Notes: generated by a model not told the origin, from the letters alone. A DNA stretch of 64,000 nt from an uncultured Acidobacteriota bacterium (GCA_964383585.1 CAYLHQ010000023.1:2707-66706); one strand, 5' to 3'; positions 18,472-28,562 are shown, counted from the first letter of the stretch. Program-made: numbers and translations.

Positions 18472-21400
18472 CTACGGGCAGACCACCCCGACCCGCTCGA
18501 CCCCGTTCGAGCGGTAGCCGAGGGTTCCGTTTCCGCAGGGATTGCTTCCACGGACGAGGTAGTGGAAGACCTGACCCGCCGCCGGAACGGTGGCGTCCGT
18601 CGCCTGGGTGTCCGCGTCGTTCTTCTCGACACAGGTCGCGATGGTGAAGTCCGACGCGGAGGTCGAACGGACGACGTCGTATCCGAGGTTGTTGAACGTG
18701 AGCCCGGTCCAGGAGAAGAGGTCCTTGCTCACGAAGGAAACCCCTTCGACTTCGTCCGGAACGGCGTTCGGGAAGTTGACGGTGTCGCACACGGGGAAGT
18801 ACCCGAGCCGCGACAGGGTCGACCAGCCGATCGCCCAGTTGTTCGGGTTCGCGAACGCTCCGCGGTAGGACGCCGGCTCGAAGAAGCCGTCGACCGGGGC
18901 CGCCTTCGCGTTCGTCTTGAGGCTGCTGCCGTCGGACGGCCTGGGGTCGATCACGACCGTCGGGTTCGGCTTGGTCGCGTCGGCGAGCGTTTCTCGGACG
19001 AGCGTTCGGATGGGAAGGGCCGAACCGCAGGTCAGGTACTCGTTCGCGAGCGAGGCGTTCGAGAACACGTCGAGGAACGACCGGCCCCGGTGGATCTTCC
19101 CGGTGTCCCCGCCGTAAGTCACGCCTTCATCCACGCAGGTCTCGCCCACGGGGCAGTCGGCGTTCGTGCAGCAGGCCTGTGTCGTCGTCACGCTGCACGT
19201 CGCGCCCGGCACCCGGTTCGGAATCGACTCCGACCCCGCGCACCACCACGAGTTGTTCGAGAAGAACAGCTCCTTGTCGTTCGCCTCGTCCGGAGCGAGG
19301 TAGTACACCCCGTCCGCCACGTAGTTCGTGTTGTACCGCTCGCCGGACGATCCGGCGCCCTGGCAGCTCGTGCCCGTCCCCTCGACCAGCATCGTCGCGC
19401 CGCCGAAATCGAGGAATGCGCTGTTGTAGTACCGCGCCCCGGCGTTGTCTCGAATGTGCAGTGCGGCGTTCTTCAGACGGTCGGTGTAGGTCTTCTGGCC
19501 CTGACCCACCATCGTCACGTTGTAGAAGACGGGGGTCGTCCGCGGGAGACTCGTGTCGGGCCCGTTCCCCCCGTCGTGCTCCCCGCCCTTGTCCGACTTG
19601 TCGGGACCGGGAAGGCCCTGGAGGATGAACGCGTATTGGACCTTCCCGCGCCACCCCTCGTCGTAGTCGAGGCCGTCGTCCCCGCAGGCCGCCCCGATGA
19701 AGTGCTTCAGATTGGCCGCCCCGCCGAACCACTCGACGCAGTCGTCCTTGTTCTGGACCACCTCGATGTAGTCGAGGTCGGTCTCCCGGCCCACCGCGCC
19801 GAGCGTCAGGCCGTTGATCTCGTTGTTGCCGCCGATCACGAACCCGCCGTAGCGGAGCGACGTGTAGGTCACCGCCCCGCTGTCGCCGTCGTCGCAGTTC
19901 CGGCCGTAGGGGCCAGGGAGGAACGCCGCGCAGTTCCCGTAGAGACCCTTCCCCGCGTTCGGGTCGAGACCCTCGATCTGGAACTCCCGCGTCGGGTCGG
20001 GACCGGCCGCCGTGTTGTTCGCCACGTACCCGTATCCGAGGAGGATCAGGCCGCCCCAGTTCGACGTGAGCGCACGGGCGGTTGCGGCGCTGTCGTAGGG
20101 AGCGGTCCCCGGGAAGCCCCGCACGTTGTCGTCGTCGAGGTCGGTGAAGACGATCGGCTTTTCCGCAGTGCCGCGGGCGACGATCTTCGCCCCACGGGTG
20201 ATGATGAGGGCACCGGGGTCCTTGGCGCCGGCGGAAGACTCCGGCTCGTTTCGGACGACCGTCCCGGGCTCGATCGTGAGCGTGGCGCCGTTCGTCACGT
20301 AGACCTGGTTCTGGAGGACGTACTCGTTGTCGGCGGTCCAGGTCTGGCTGCTGGTGATGTCGGCCGAGACGTTGACCTGAGTCCGCGGCGGGAAGTATCC
20401 GAGCCTCGAGAGGGTCGACCAACCTTCCGCCCAGTTCGACGTCCCGAAAGCGCCCCGGTAGGAGACCGGCTCGAAGAACCCGTCGACCGGCGTGGCCTTC
20501 ACGTTCGCGAGGAGAGGCGAACCCGTCGCCGGCCTCGGGTCGATCGAATTGACGGGATCCGGCTTGCTCGCGTCGAGCAGGGCCTCGCGTCCGAGAGCCC
20601 GGATCGGGAGGGCCGAACCGCAGGTCAGGTACTCGTTCGCGAGCGAGGCGTTCGAGAACACGTCGAGGAACGACCGGCCCCGGTGGATCTTCCCGGTGTC
20701 CCCGCCGTAAGTCACGCCTTCATCCACGCAGGTCTCGCCCACGGGGCAGTCGGCGTTCGTGCAGCAGGCCTGTGTCGTCGTCACGCTGCACGTCGCGCCC
20801 GGCACCCGGTTCGGAATCGACTCCGACCCCGCGCACCACCACGAGTTGTTCGAGAAGAACAGCTCCTTGTCGTTCGCCTCGTCCGGAGCGAGGTAGTACA
20901 CCCCGTCCGCCACGTAGTTCGTGTTGTACCGCTCGCCGGACGATCCGGCGCCCTGGCAGCTCGTGCCCGTCCCCTCGACCAGCATCGTCGCGCCGCCGAA
21001 ATCGAGGAATGCGCTGTTGTAGTACCGCGCCCCGGCGTTGTCTCGAATGTGCAGTGCGGCGTTCTTCAGACGGTCGGTGTAGGTCTTCTGGCCCTGACCC
21101 ACCATCGTCACGTTGTAGAAGACGGGGGTCGTCCGCGGGAGACTCGTGTCGGGCCCGTTCCCCCCGTCGTGCTCCCCGCCCTTGTCCGACTTGTCGGGAC
21201 CGGGAAGGCCCTGGAGGATGAACGCGTATTGGACCTTCCCGCGCCACCCCTCGTCGTAGTCGAGGCCGTCGTCCCCGCAGGCCGCCCCGATGAAGTGCTT
21301 CAGATTGGCCGCCCCGCCGAACCACTCGACGCAGTCGTCCTTGTTCTGGACCACCTCGATGTAGTCGAGGTCGGTCTCCCGGCCCACCGCGCCGAGCGTC

Positions 21401-22062
21401 AGGCCGTTGATCTCGTTGTTGCCGCCGATCACGAACCCGCCGTAGCGGAGCGACGTGTAGGTCACCGCCCCGCTGTCGCCGTCGTCGCAGTTCCGGCCGT
21501 AGGGGCCAGGGAGGAACGCCGCGCAGTTCCCGTAGAGACCCTTCCCCGCGTTCGGGTCGAGACCCTCGATCTGGAACTCCCGCGTCGGGTCGGGACCGGC
21601 CGCCGTGTTGTTCGCCACGTACCCGTATCCGAGGAGTATCAGGCCGCCCCAGTTCGACGTGAGCGCACGGGCGTCCTGAAGGTTGTCGTAGGGCGGAGTC
21701 CCGAGGCTCGAGCCGATGTTGTCGTCGTCGAGGTCGGTGAAGGTGATGGGAGCCAGGAGGGTCCCCAAGGCCTTGATTTTCGCCCCGCGCGTGATGATGA
21801 GCGCGCCGGGATCTTTCGCTCCCGGGGCCGATTCGGGATCTCCGCGGACGATCGTGCCCGGCTCGATCGTGAGCGTGGCACCGTTCGTCACGTAGATCTG
21901 CTTGTCGAGACAGTACTGTTTGTCCGCAGTCCACGTGGTGCTCGTGGTGATGTCGGCGGTGACCACCTCGTCGCAGTCCGGAATCAGCTGCGCATGGGCC
22001 GACACCGCTGCGGCGAGCCACAGCCCCGCGACCGCCATCGTCGCGACCAAGTATTTCCTCAC
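18472..22062 (-). CDS. Large secreted protein (about 1196 aa): two tandem copies of a beta-helix-like domain plus a C-terminal Cys-containing domain
   Basis: SD AAGGAGGAG before GTG 22062, signal peptide. Repeated motifs LTIEPGT, WGGLILLG, NEINGLTLGAVG, DDCVEWFGG and DDGLDYDEGWRGKVQY match a family I recall occurring beside TonB-dependent receptors. Confidence 0.85.
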   Translation of the reverse strand: MRKYLVATMAVAGLWLAAAVSAHAQLIPDCDEVVTADITTSTTWTADKQYCLDKQIYVTNGATLTIEPGTIVRGDPESAPGAKDPGALIITRGAKIKALGTLLAPITFTDLDDDNIGSSLGTPPYDNLQDARALTSNWGGLILLGYGYVANNTAAGPDPTREFQIEGLDPNAGKGLYGNCAAFLPGPYGRNCDDGDSGAVTYTSLRYGGFVIGGNNEINGLTLGAVGRETDLDYIEVVQNKDDCVEWFGGAANLKHFIGAACGDDGLDYDEGWRGKVQYAFILQGLPGPDKSDKGGEHDGGNGPDTSLPRTTPVFYNVTMVGQGQKTYTDRLKNAALHIRDNAGARYYNSAFLDFGGATMLVEGTGTSCQGAGSSGERYNTNYVADGVYYLAPDEANDKELFFSNNSWWCAGSESIPNRVPGATCSVTTTQACCTNADCPVGETCVDEGVTYGGDTGKIHRGRSFLDVFSNASLANEYLTCGSALPIRALGREALLDASKPDPVNSIDPRPATGSPLLANVKATPVDGFFEPVSYRGAFGTSNWAEGWSTLSRLGYFPPRTQVNVSADITSSQTWTADNEYVLQNQVYVTNGATLTIEPGTVVRNEPESSAGAKDPGALIITRGAKIVARGTAEKPIVFTDLDDDNVRGFPGTAPYDSAATARALTSNWGGLILLGYGYVANNTAAGPDPTREFQIEGLDPNAGKGLYGNCAAFLPGPYGRNCDDGDSGAVTYTSLRYGGFVIGGNNEINGLTLGAVGRETDLDYIEVVQNKDDCVEWFGGAANLKHFIGAACGDDGLDYDEGWRGKVQYAFILQGLPGPDKSDKGGEHDGGNGPDTSLPRTTPVFYNVTMVGQGQKTYTDRLKNAALHIRDNAGARYYNSAFLDFGGATMLVEGTGTSCQGAGSSGERYNTNYVADGVYYLAPDEANDKELFFSNNSWWCAGSESIPNRVPGATCSVTTTQACCTNADCPVGETCVDEGVTYGGDTGKIHRGRSFLDVFSNASLANEYLTCGSALPIRTLVRETLADATKPNPTVVIDPRPSDGSSLKTNAKAAPVDGFFEPASYRGAFANPNNWAIGWSTLSRLGYFPVCDTVNFPNAVPDEVEGVSFVSKDLFSWTGLTFNNLGYDVVRSTSASDFTIATCVEKNDADTQATDATVPAAGQVFHYLVRGSNPCGNGTLGYRSNGVERVGVVCP
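19016..21673. repeat. Intragenic direct repeat: about 1065 bp (19016-20080 vs 20609-21673), offset 1593 bp, essentially identical
   Basis: Identical translations in several frames of the ORF track. One mismatch seen (20044 vs 21637). Flanks diverge abruptly. Confidence 0.93.
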
Positions 22063-22217
22063 GACCTCTCCTCCTTGGGAACGCTTGTAGGGTTTCGTCG
22101 GCTGCATTGGACCCCTGCCCGGCGACGGAGCGCGGAAGACCCGGTGACTGTTCGGTGAAGAATCGGATCGAACCGACCGCCGCCCGCGGCATCCTGGCCG
22201 ACCGTTGCTTCCGGCTC

Positions 22218-22244
22218 GTCACGGCCGCGTCACGCCTTCGTGAC
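22218..22244. promoter_or_regulatory. Pho-box-like direct repeats in the divergent promoter region
   Basis: GTCAC (22218), GTCAC (22229), GTGAC (22240): 11-bp period. Confidence 0.6.
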
Positions 22245-22334
22245 GGGGTGCATCTACGCTCCTCTCGTGGAATTCGGCGGAAACCCCGTGGGAAGGACCG
22301 GCGGAACGGCCCTTTGTGTCGTTTCCTTGACGGA

Positions 22335-22363
22335 TTTAACGCCGCGTTCACATGGTCGTTACA
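22335..22363. promoter_or_regulatory. Pho-box-like direct repeats upstream of the porin-pst operon
   Basis: TTTAAC / GTTCAC / CGTTACA, with the AC dinucleotide at 22339, 22350 and 22361. Confidence 0.55.
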
Positions 22364-22417
22364 TTCGCGACAAGGTGGTCGACTCCACTGCGCCTCCCGC
22401 CACGGAGGGAACCGCTC

Positions 22418-23635
22418 ATGAACGACGGGCTGGCGCGCAGTCCACGGTTGTCGGCCGCGATCGCGATCGCTCTTCTCCTGGGCGCACCGGCGGCATTCGC
22501 GGAGAAGGAGAGGAAGACGATCGAGGTGGATGTTTCGAAGGGGGGCCTCACGGTCTCCTCGGGAGAGACGAGTTTCCACCTCGGAGGCTACATGCACCTC
22601 CTCTACAGCGGCGTCGACCGTGAACGGTACGACGCGGACGACTCGGGGACCGGTGTCGGCGTGGAGGATGGGTACTCCTCGTCGTTCTCGGTCCGCCGCG
22701 CCCGAATCGAGATGAAGGGCACGATGTACCGGAATTGGCTGAAGTACGCGATCACGTACGAGCTCTCCGAGACCTTGGGGAGCAACGACTCGAAGATCAA
22801 AGACGTCTACCTTCGGTTCGCCAAGTTCGACGGGGCGCACCTGATGGCCGGCCAATACAAGGTCCCGTTCAGCATGCAGGAGCTGACCTCCGACACCCGG
22901 CAGCAGTTCGTCGACCGGTCGATCACGAACGTCTTCGCGCCGGCTCGGGACCAGGGAGTGACCGTGACCGGGACCTTCCTCGAGAAGAAGCGGCTGGGCT
23001 ACGCCGCCGGAGTCTTCAACGGCTCGGGCGACGCGATCCGCCAGGAGGACCAGGGCCTTCTGTTCGTCGGCCGCGTCTGGTTCGACCCCTTCGGCGAGTT
23101 CGAACTCGTGGAGGGGACGGTCGACGCGGGAGAGCGCCACGACTGCCACTTCGGCCTCGCCTACCGGACGGGAGAAGTGGCGCGGTTCACGAAAGACGAC
23201 GGGATCTTCCAAGACCCCGACGATCAAACGGCCGTCAATTTCGAGGCCGCCTGGCGCTGGAACCGCCTCGCCGCGACCGCCGAGTACTTCGTGCAGACGA
23301 ACGAGTTCGCGAACCCTGTGGCCGCCCCCGACCTCGACCAGGAAGGCTGGCACGCCCAGATCGCCGTGGCCGCGATCCCGCAGAAGCTCGAACTGGGGCT
23401 CCGCTTCGCGATGGTCGACGGCGACACCGGCGCTTCGAACGCGCGGTCGACCGAAACCCGCTTCGGGGTCCAGTACTACATCCTGAAGTACAACCTAAAG
23501 ATCCAGGCCGACCTCGTCCGCCTCGACTTCGAGCCCGAAGCGATCGGTCGATCGAACGGCGGCCGTCTTCCGGACGCGGCCGGGCAAGACGTCACCGACG
23601 ACCAGATCCGAATCCAGGCTCAGCTGGCCTTTTGA
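22418..23635 (+). CDS. Phosphate-selective porin (OprO/OprP family)
   Basis: Signal peptide, [32 protein letters not shown], terminal QAQLAF. Lies upstream of pstS. Confidence 0.88.
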   Translation: MNDGLARSPRLSAAIAIALLLGAPAAFAEKERKTIEVDVSKGGLTVSSGETSFHLGGYMHLLYSGVDRERYDADDSGTGVGVEDGYSSSFSVRRARIEMKGTMYRNWLKYAITYELSETLGSNDSKIKDVYLRFAKFDGAHLMAGQYKVPFSMQELTSDTRQQFVDRSITNVFAPARDQGVTVTGTFLEKKRLGYAAGVFNGSGDAIRQEDQGLLFVGRVWFDPFGEFELVEGTVDAGERHDCHFGLAYRTGEVARFTKDDGIFQDPDDQTAVNFEAAWRWNRLAATAEYFVQTNEFANPVAAPDLDQEGWHAQIAVAAIPQKLELGLRFAMVDGDTGASNARSTETRFGVQYYILKYNLKIQADLVRLDFEPEAIGRSNGGRLPDAAGQDVTDDQIRIQAQLAF

Positions 23636-23658
23636 CCCCCGCACACGGAGGTGAACCG

Positions 23659-24639
23659 ATGATCCGATACCGAAGAATGCAGGTGACCGCCGCCTTGGCG
23701 TTGGGCGCGTTCGTCGCCGGAACCGTTCTCGCCCAGACCGTCAGGCTCGACCCCGGCATCAAGCCGTACGCGAAGACGAGCGGCGTCTCCGGGAGCCTGA
23801 GCTCGGTCGGTTCCGACACCTTGAACAACCTGATGGCCCTGTGGACCGAGGGCTTCAAGTCGCAGTACCCGAACGTGAAGACCCAGGTCGAGGGGAAGGG
23901 GTCGTCGACCGCCCCTCCCGCGCTCATTTCCGGAACGGCCCAGCTCGGCCCCATGAGCCGCGCGATGAAGCCGACCGAAATCGACGAGTTCGAGAAGAAG
24001 TACGGTTACAAGCCGACCGCGATTCGAGTCGCCGTTGACGGCCTCGCGGTCTTCGTCAACAAGGACAACCCCCTCGAACGGCTCACCCTGCCGCAGGTCG
24101 ACGCGATCTTCTCGAAATCCCGGAAGGGGGGCGCTCCCGCGGACATCGTCACCTGGGGCGATCTCGGCCTGAAGGGGGAGTGGGCCTCGCGCCCCCTGAG
24201 CCTCTACGGCCGGAACTCGGCCTCCGGGACCTACGGCTACTTCAAGGAGCACGCCCTCTACAAGGGGGACTTCAAGGACACGGTGAAGGAGCAGCCGGGC
24301 TCCGCGGCGGTCGTCCAGGGGATCACGGCCGACAAGTACGGGATCGGCTACAGCGGAATCGGGTACAAGACGTCCGACGTCAAGGCGCTGAAGATCGCGG
24401 CGAAGGACGGAGGGGAGTACTACAGCGACGAGGCGGAGAACGTGTACTCCGGCAAGTACCCCCTGTCGCGCTTCCTGTACATCTACGTCAACAAGGCCCC
24501 CAACAAGCCTCTCGATCCGCTGGTCCGGGAGTTCCTCCGATACGTCCTCTCGTCCCAAGGGCAGGACAACGTGCTCAAGGACGGTTACCTTCCCCTCACC
24601 GCCAAGGTCGTGGAGGAGGAGTTGGCCAAGCTGCAGTAG
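23659..24639 (+). CDS. pstS: Phosphate ABC transporter substrate-binding protein
   Basis: [42 protein letters not shown]. Confidence 0.95.
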   Translation: MIRYRRMQVTAALALGAFVAGTVLAQTVRLDPGIKPYAKTSGVSGSLSSVGSDTLNNLMALWTEGFKSQYPNVKTQVEGKGSSTAPPALISGTAQLGPMSRAMKPTEIDEFEKKYGYKPTAIRVAVDGLAVFVNKDNPLERLTLPQVDAIFSKSRKGGAPADIVTWGDLGLKGEWASRPLSLYGRNSASGTYGYFKEHALYKGDFKDTVKEQPGSAAVVQGITADKYGIGYSGIGYKTSDVKALKIAAKDGGEYYSDEAENVYSGKYPLSRFLYIYVNKAPNKPLDPLVREFLRYVLSSQGQDNVLKDGYLPLTAKVVEEELAKLQ

Positions 24640-24656
24640 GATCCGGAGGCGACGCG

Positions 24657-26921
24657 ATGAGCGAACCCGTCCCGACCGAAGCGAGCGTCCCGGAGCGCGA
24701 GATCGTGCGCGGCGACCGGCGTCCGCGCCGGACCTCCCCGCGCCGCCTTCTCGCCGACCGTTCGGCGGCGTGGATCGTCCGCGCGGGCGGGTTCGCCATC
24801 ATCGCGGGAATCCTCGGAATCCTGCTGTTCATCGTGATCGAGGTGCTTCCGCTCGCGGCGCCCGCCCGGGTCGGGGCGGTGCGCTCCGCCGCGATCTCCG
24901 GAGAGGTCGCGGCGCTTCTTTCCGACGAGCACCGATCCGCCGTCGCCGCCACGGGTCTCGACGGCCGCCTGCGCGTCGTCGACCCGGCCGACGGCCGCGT
25001 GTTCCTCGAACTCCCCTGGATCGATCCGGGGGGTGGTTCGCCTCTGTCGTTTACCGCGGTCGCCGCCGTGCCCGGGGCGCCCGGGTTCTCCGCCAATCTC
25101 GGGGACGGGCGCGTCGCCCATCTCCCCGTCCGCTGGTCGGTGACGTTCGAGGAGGACAGGCGCGTGGTGACCGCGGAGGCGGGCCAACCCGTCGTCACGA
25201 CGCTCGATCCGTCCGGCGCCTCCGTCGGGGCGTTCTCCACCCGGCTCCGCGCCGACGGCTCGGTGTTCGCGGCGGCGCAGCTGGCGGACGGCCGGGTCTC
25301 CGTCGTCGCGCGCACCCGTGACGAGAACGCGATGACCGGAGAGGTCACGGAGGAGGAGGCGCGGCTGGAGTTCCCCGACCCGGGACCGCTCTCCGTTCTC
25401 CTGCTCGACGCCGAGGGGCGGAACCTCTTCGGGGGGGATCGCGCGGGGGGTCTCCACTGGTGGGAGGTCTCGGCCGACGGGGCGGCGACGGCCCACGCGA
25501 CGAAGCCGTCGGGCTCGGCCGTCACCGCCCTCACGCTGCTCTTGGGCGACCGCTCGGTCGTCGCCGGTCACGCGGACGGCCGGCTCGACGTCTGGTTTCT
25601 CGCGAAGGCGGAGGACGGCTCCCGCCTCCTCGAGGAGAGCCGCAGTTTCCCGCCCCTCACCGCCGCGGTCCGCGGGCTCGCGCCGTCGCAGCGGGGCAAG
25701 GGATTCGTGGCGCTCGACGCGGAGGGGGGCCTCGGCCTCTACTATTCCACGTCGGAACGCGTCCTCTGGACGGGCGATGCCGGAGTTCCCTCCGCGGCGG
25801 CGGTCGCTTACGCCCCGAAGGCGGACGGCGCGTTCGTCGCGGGGGGAGGACGGCTCGTCGAGTTCGCGATCGACGCCCCGCACCCCGAGGTGAGCTGGCG
25901 CGCCCTTTTCGGAAGAGTCTGGTACGAGGGATCCGATAAGCCCGAGTTCGTGTGGCAGAGTACGGGCGGCACCGACGATTTCGAGCCGAAGCTCAGTCTC
26001 ACCCCGCTCCTGTTCGGCACGCTCAAGGGGACCTTCTTTTCGATGCTCCTCGCGTTCCCCCTCGGCGTCCTCGCCGCCGTCTACGCATCTCAGTTCATGC
26101 ACCCGAACCTCAAGCGGATCGTGAAGCCGACGGTCGAGATCATGGCGGCGCTTCCGAGCGTGGTTCTCGGCTTCCTCGCCGGACTCTGGCTCGCCCCGCG
26201 CGTCGAGGCGATCTTCCCCGCCCTGCTCCTGATGGGAATCGTGCTCCCGTCGTCTGTTCTCGTCGCCGGCTGGGGGTGGAGCGCGGTCCCTCGCGGGGTG
26301 CGCGGGCGCTTTCCGGAGGGGAGCGAGACCGCCCTGTTCGCGGGCGCGCTCGTCCTCGGCGCGGCCGTCTGCGTGGCGCTCAACGAGCCGTTCGCCGCGT
26401 CGGCCTTCGCGGGGGACTTCCAGACGTGGCTCTTCGAGAACGCGGGGATGCGTTACGACCAGCGCAACGCCGTCGTGGTCGGGCTCGCGATGGGGTTCGC
26501 GGTCATCCCGATCATCTTCGCGATCGCGGAGGACGCCCTCTCGAACGTCCCGCGGAACCTGACTTCCGGCGCGCTCGCGCTCGGGGCGACGAACTGGCAG
26601 ACGGTCGCACGGATCGTGGTCCCGACGGCGAGCCCCGGCATCTTCGCCGCCGTCATGGTCGGATTCGGCCGCGCGGTGGGCGAGACGATGATCGTCCTGA
26701 TGGCGACGGGGAACACGCCGATCATGGACTGGAGCCCGTTCAACGGCTTCCGGACCCTCTCCGCCAACATCGCGGTCGAAATCCCGGAGGCCCCTCAGGG
26801 CGGGACTCTCTACCGCACCCTGTTCCTCGCGGCGCTGCTGCTCTTCGTGATGACCTTCATCGTGAACACCGCGGCGGAGCTGGTCCGCCAGCGGCTCCGC
26901 AGCAAGTACTCGAACCTCTGA
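24657..26921 (+). CDS. pstC: Phosphate ABC permease PstC with large periplasmic beta-propeller-like domain
   Basis: KPTVEIMAALPSVVLG, SGALALGATNWQT, GRAVGETMIVLMATGN. Confidence 0.92.
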   Translation: MSEPVPTEASVPEREIVRGDRRPRRTSPRRLLADRSAAWIVRAGGFAIIAGILGILLFIVIEVLPLAAPARVGAVRSAAISGEVAALLSDEHRSAVAATGLDGRLRVVDPADGRVFLELPWIDPGGGSPLSFTAVAAVPGAPGFSANLGDGRVAHLPVRWSVTFEEDRRVVTAEAGQPVVTTLDPSGASVGAFSTRLRADGSVFAAAQLADGRVSVVARTRDENAMTGEVTEEEARLEFPDPGPLSVLLLDAEGRNLFGGDRAGGLHWWEVSADGAATAHATKPSGSAVTALTLLLGDRSVVAGHADGRLDVWFLAKAEDGSRLLEESRSFPPLTAAVRGLAPSQRGKGFVALDAEGGLGLYYSTSERVLWTGDAGVPSAAAVAYAPKADGAFVAGGGRLVEFAIDAPHPEVSWRALFGRVWYEGSDKPEFVWQSTGGTDDFEPKLSLTPLLFGTLKGTFFSMLLAFPLGVLAAVYASQFMHPNLKRIVKPTVEIMAALPSVVLGFLAGLWLAPRVEAIFPALLLMGIVLPSSVLVAGWGWSAVPRGVRGRFPEGSETALFAGALVLGAAVCVALNEPFAASAFAGDFQTWLFENAGMRYDQRNAVVVGLAMGFAVIPIIFAIAEDALSNVPRNLTSGALALGATNWQTVARIVVPTASPGIFAAVMVGFGRAVGETMIVLMATGNTPIMDWSPFNGFRTLSANIAVEIPEAPQGGTLYRTLFLAALLLFVMTFIVNTAAELVRQRLRSKYSNL

Positions 26922-26932
26922 AGGGGCACGGA

Positions 26933-28558
26933 ATGCCTGGCCTCAGATCTCGAGCCTCGAGCGACGGGGTCGGCACCTCGCTCACGTACCTGTGCGGGGG
27001 AGCGCTCGCGCTCAACCTCCTCCTGATCGTCGGCCTGCTGGCCCTCCTGTCCTGGCACGGGCTCGGCTACTTCTGGCAGGACCGCGTCACCGAGCTCACC
27101 TTCGAGGATGGGACCAAGGTGATCGGGGAGATCCAGACGGAAGAATCGGTCGCGCTGATCTCGGCGGGAGGGGTCTCCCGCGAGGAGAGCCGGATCCAGC
27201 TCAAGACCGGGAACCGCGATTTCTTCGGAATCGATTTCCGCTGGGTCGACGCCTCCCGCGTCGTCGCGCGCGCCGAACCCGAGGATCTCGTCCTGCTCGA
27301 GCGGCTCGAGTGGGGGAACTTCTACGGCCGGCTACTCGAGATCCGGAAGGGGGACGAGGTTCTCGCGAGCGGCCCGCAAGAGGTCTGGCGGACCCTCCCA
27401 GCGCTGCGGAAGCAGAAGGAGGCCCAATTCCGCCGGATCATGCGCTTCGAGAAGGGCGAGATCGGCGACGTGAACTACGAGCTCGAGCGGCTTCGGCTCG
27501 AGCGGAAGAAGGCGGCGTCCGACGCCCGTCGCGCGGAGATCGACTCCCGCATCGCCTCGACGGAGGCGGAATACGAGACCCTGATCGCCCGGCTCGACGC
27601 TCTCCGGGACGAGTGGCGGCTCGAGACGGTGCGGCTCGAAGCGGCGGACGGCTCGACCCGGACCCTCCCCGTCGGCAGCATCGTCCGCGCGATCCGACCC
27701 AACGGGATGAGCCTTCCCGCCCGGCTCGGTCTCTATCTCGACCGCCTCCGGGAGTTCCTCCTCGGCGCGCCGCGCGAGTCGAACACGGAGGGAGGGATCT
27801 TCCCGGCGATCTTCGGCACCGTGCTCATGGTCTTCCTGATGTCGGTGGCGGTCGTCCCGCTCGGCGTGCTCGCCGCCCTCTACCTCCGGGAGTACGCAAG
27901 GCAAGGGTTCGTCGTCCGGATGGTCCGCATCGCGGTGAACAACCTCGCGGGGGTCCCGTCGATCGTGTTCGGCGTCTTCGGCCTCGGCTTCTTCGTGTAC
28001 CTGATCGGCGGCTCGATCGACACCCTGTTCTTCCCCGAGCGCCTCCCGAGCCCGACCTACGGAACCGGAGGAATCCTGTGGGCGAGCCTCACCCTCGCCC
28101 TCCTGACCGTGCCGGTCGTGATCGTCGCGACCGAGGAAGGACTGGCGGCGGTCCCGCGGATCGTCCGCGAGGGATCCCTCGCCCTCGGAGCGACCAAGTT
28201 CGAGACGACCTGGAAGGTCGTGATTCCTGCCGCGGCCCCGGGGATCCTGACCGGGACGATCCTCGCGATGGCCCGCGCCGCAGGGGAGGTCGCCCCCCTG
28301 ATGATCGTGGGGATGGTCAAGCTCGCCCCGAGCCTTCCGCTCGACCACCACTTCCCCTTCCTCCACCTGGAGCGGAAGTTCATGCACCTCGGCTTCCACA
28401 TCTACGACCTCGGCTTCCAGAGCCCCAACGTGGAGGCGACCAAACCGCTCGTCTTCGCCACCGCGCTCCTCCTGATCGCCGTGGTGACGGTCATCAATCT
28501 GGTCGCGATCGCGGTCCGGAACCGCCTGCACCGCAAGTACGCGTCGGGCGCGGTATGA
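26933..28558 (+). CDS. pstA: Phosphate ABC permease PstA (long form)
   Basis: [40 protein letters not shown]. Confidence 0.93.
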   Translation: MPGLRSRASSDGVGTSLTYLCGGALALNLLLIVGLLALLSWHGLGYFWQDRVTELTFEDGTKVIGEIQTEESVALISAGGVSREESRIQLKTGNRDFFGIDFRWVDASRVVARAEPEDLVLLERLEWGNFYGRLLEIRKGDEVLASGPQEVWRTLPALRKQKEAQFRRIMRFEKGEIGDVNYELERLRLERKKAASDARRAEIDSRIASTEAEYETLIARLDALRDEWRLETVRLEAADGSTRTLPVGSIVRAIRPNGMSLPARLGLYLDRLREFLLGAPRESNTEGGIFPAIFGTVLMVFLMSVAVVPLGVLAALYLREYARQGFVVRMVRIAVNNLAGVPSIVFGVFGLGFFVYLIGGSIDTLFFPERLPSPTYGTGGILWASLTLALLTVPVVIVATEEGLAAVPRIVREGSLALGATKFETTWKVVIPAAAPGILTGTILAMARAAGEVAPLMIVGMVKLAPSLPLDHHFPFLHLERKFMHLGFHIYDLGFQSPNVEATKPLVFATALLLIAVVTVINLVAIAVRNRLHRKYASGAV

Positions 28559-28562
28559 GAGG

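Noticed and set aside
18472-18760. Type IX secretion C-terminal domain
   Set aside because: The sequence lacks the typical YPNP...G.Y..K pattern, contains cysteines, and its homolog occurs N-terminally in another protein.
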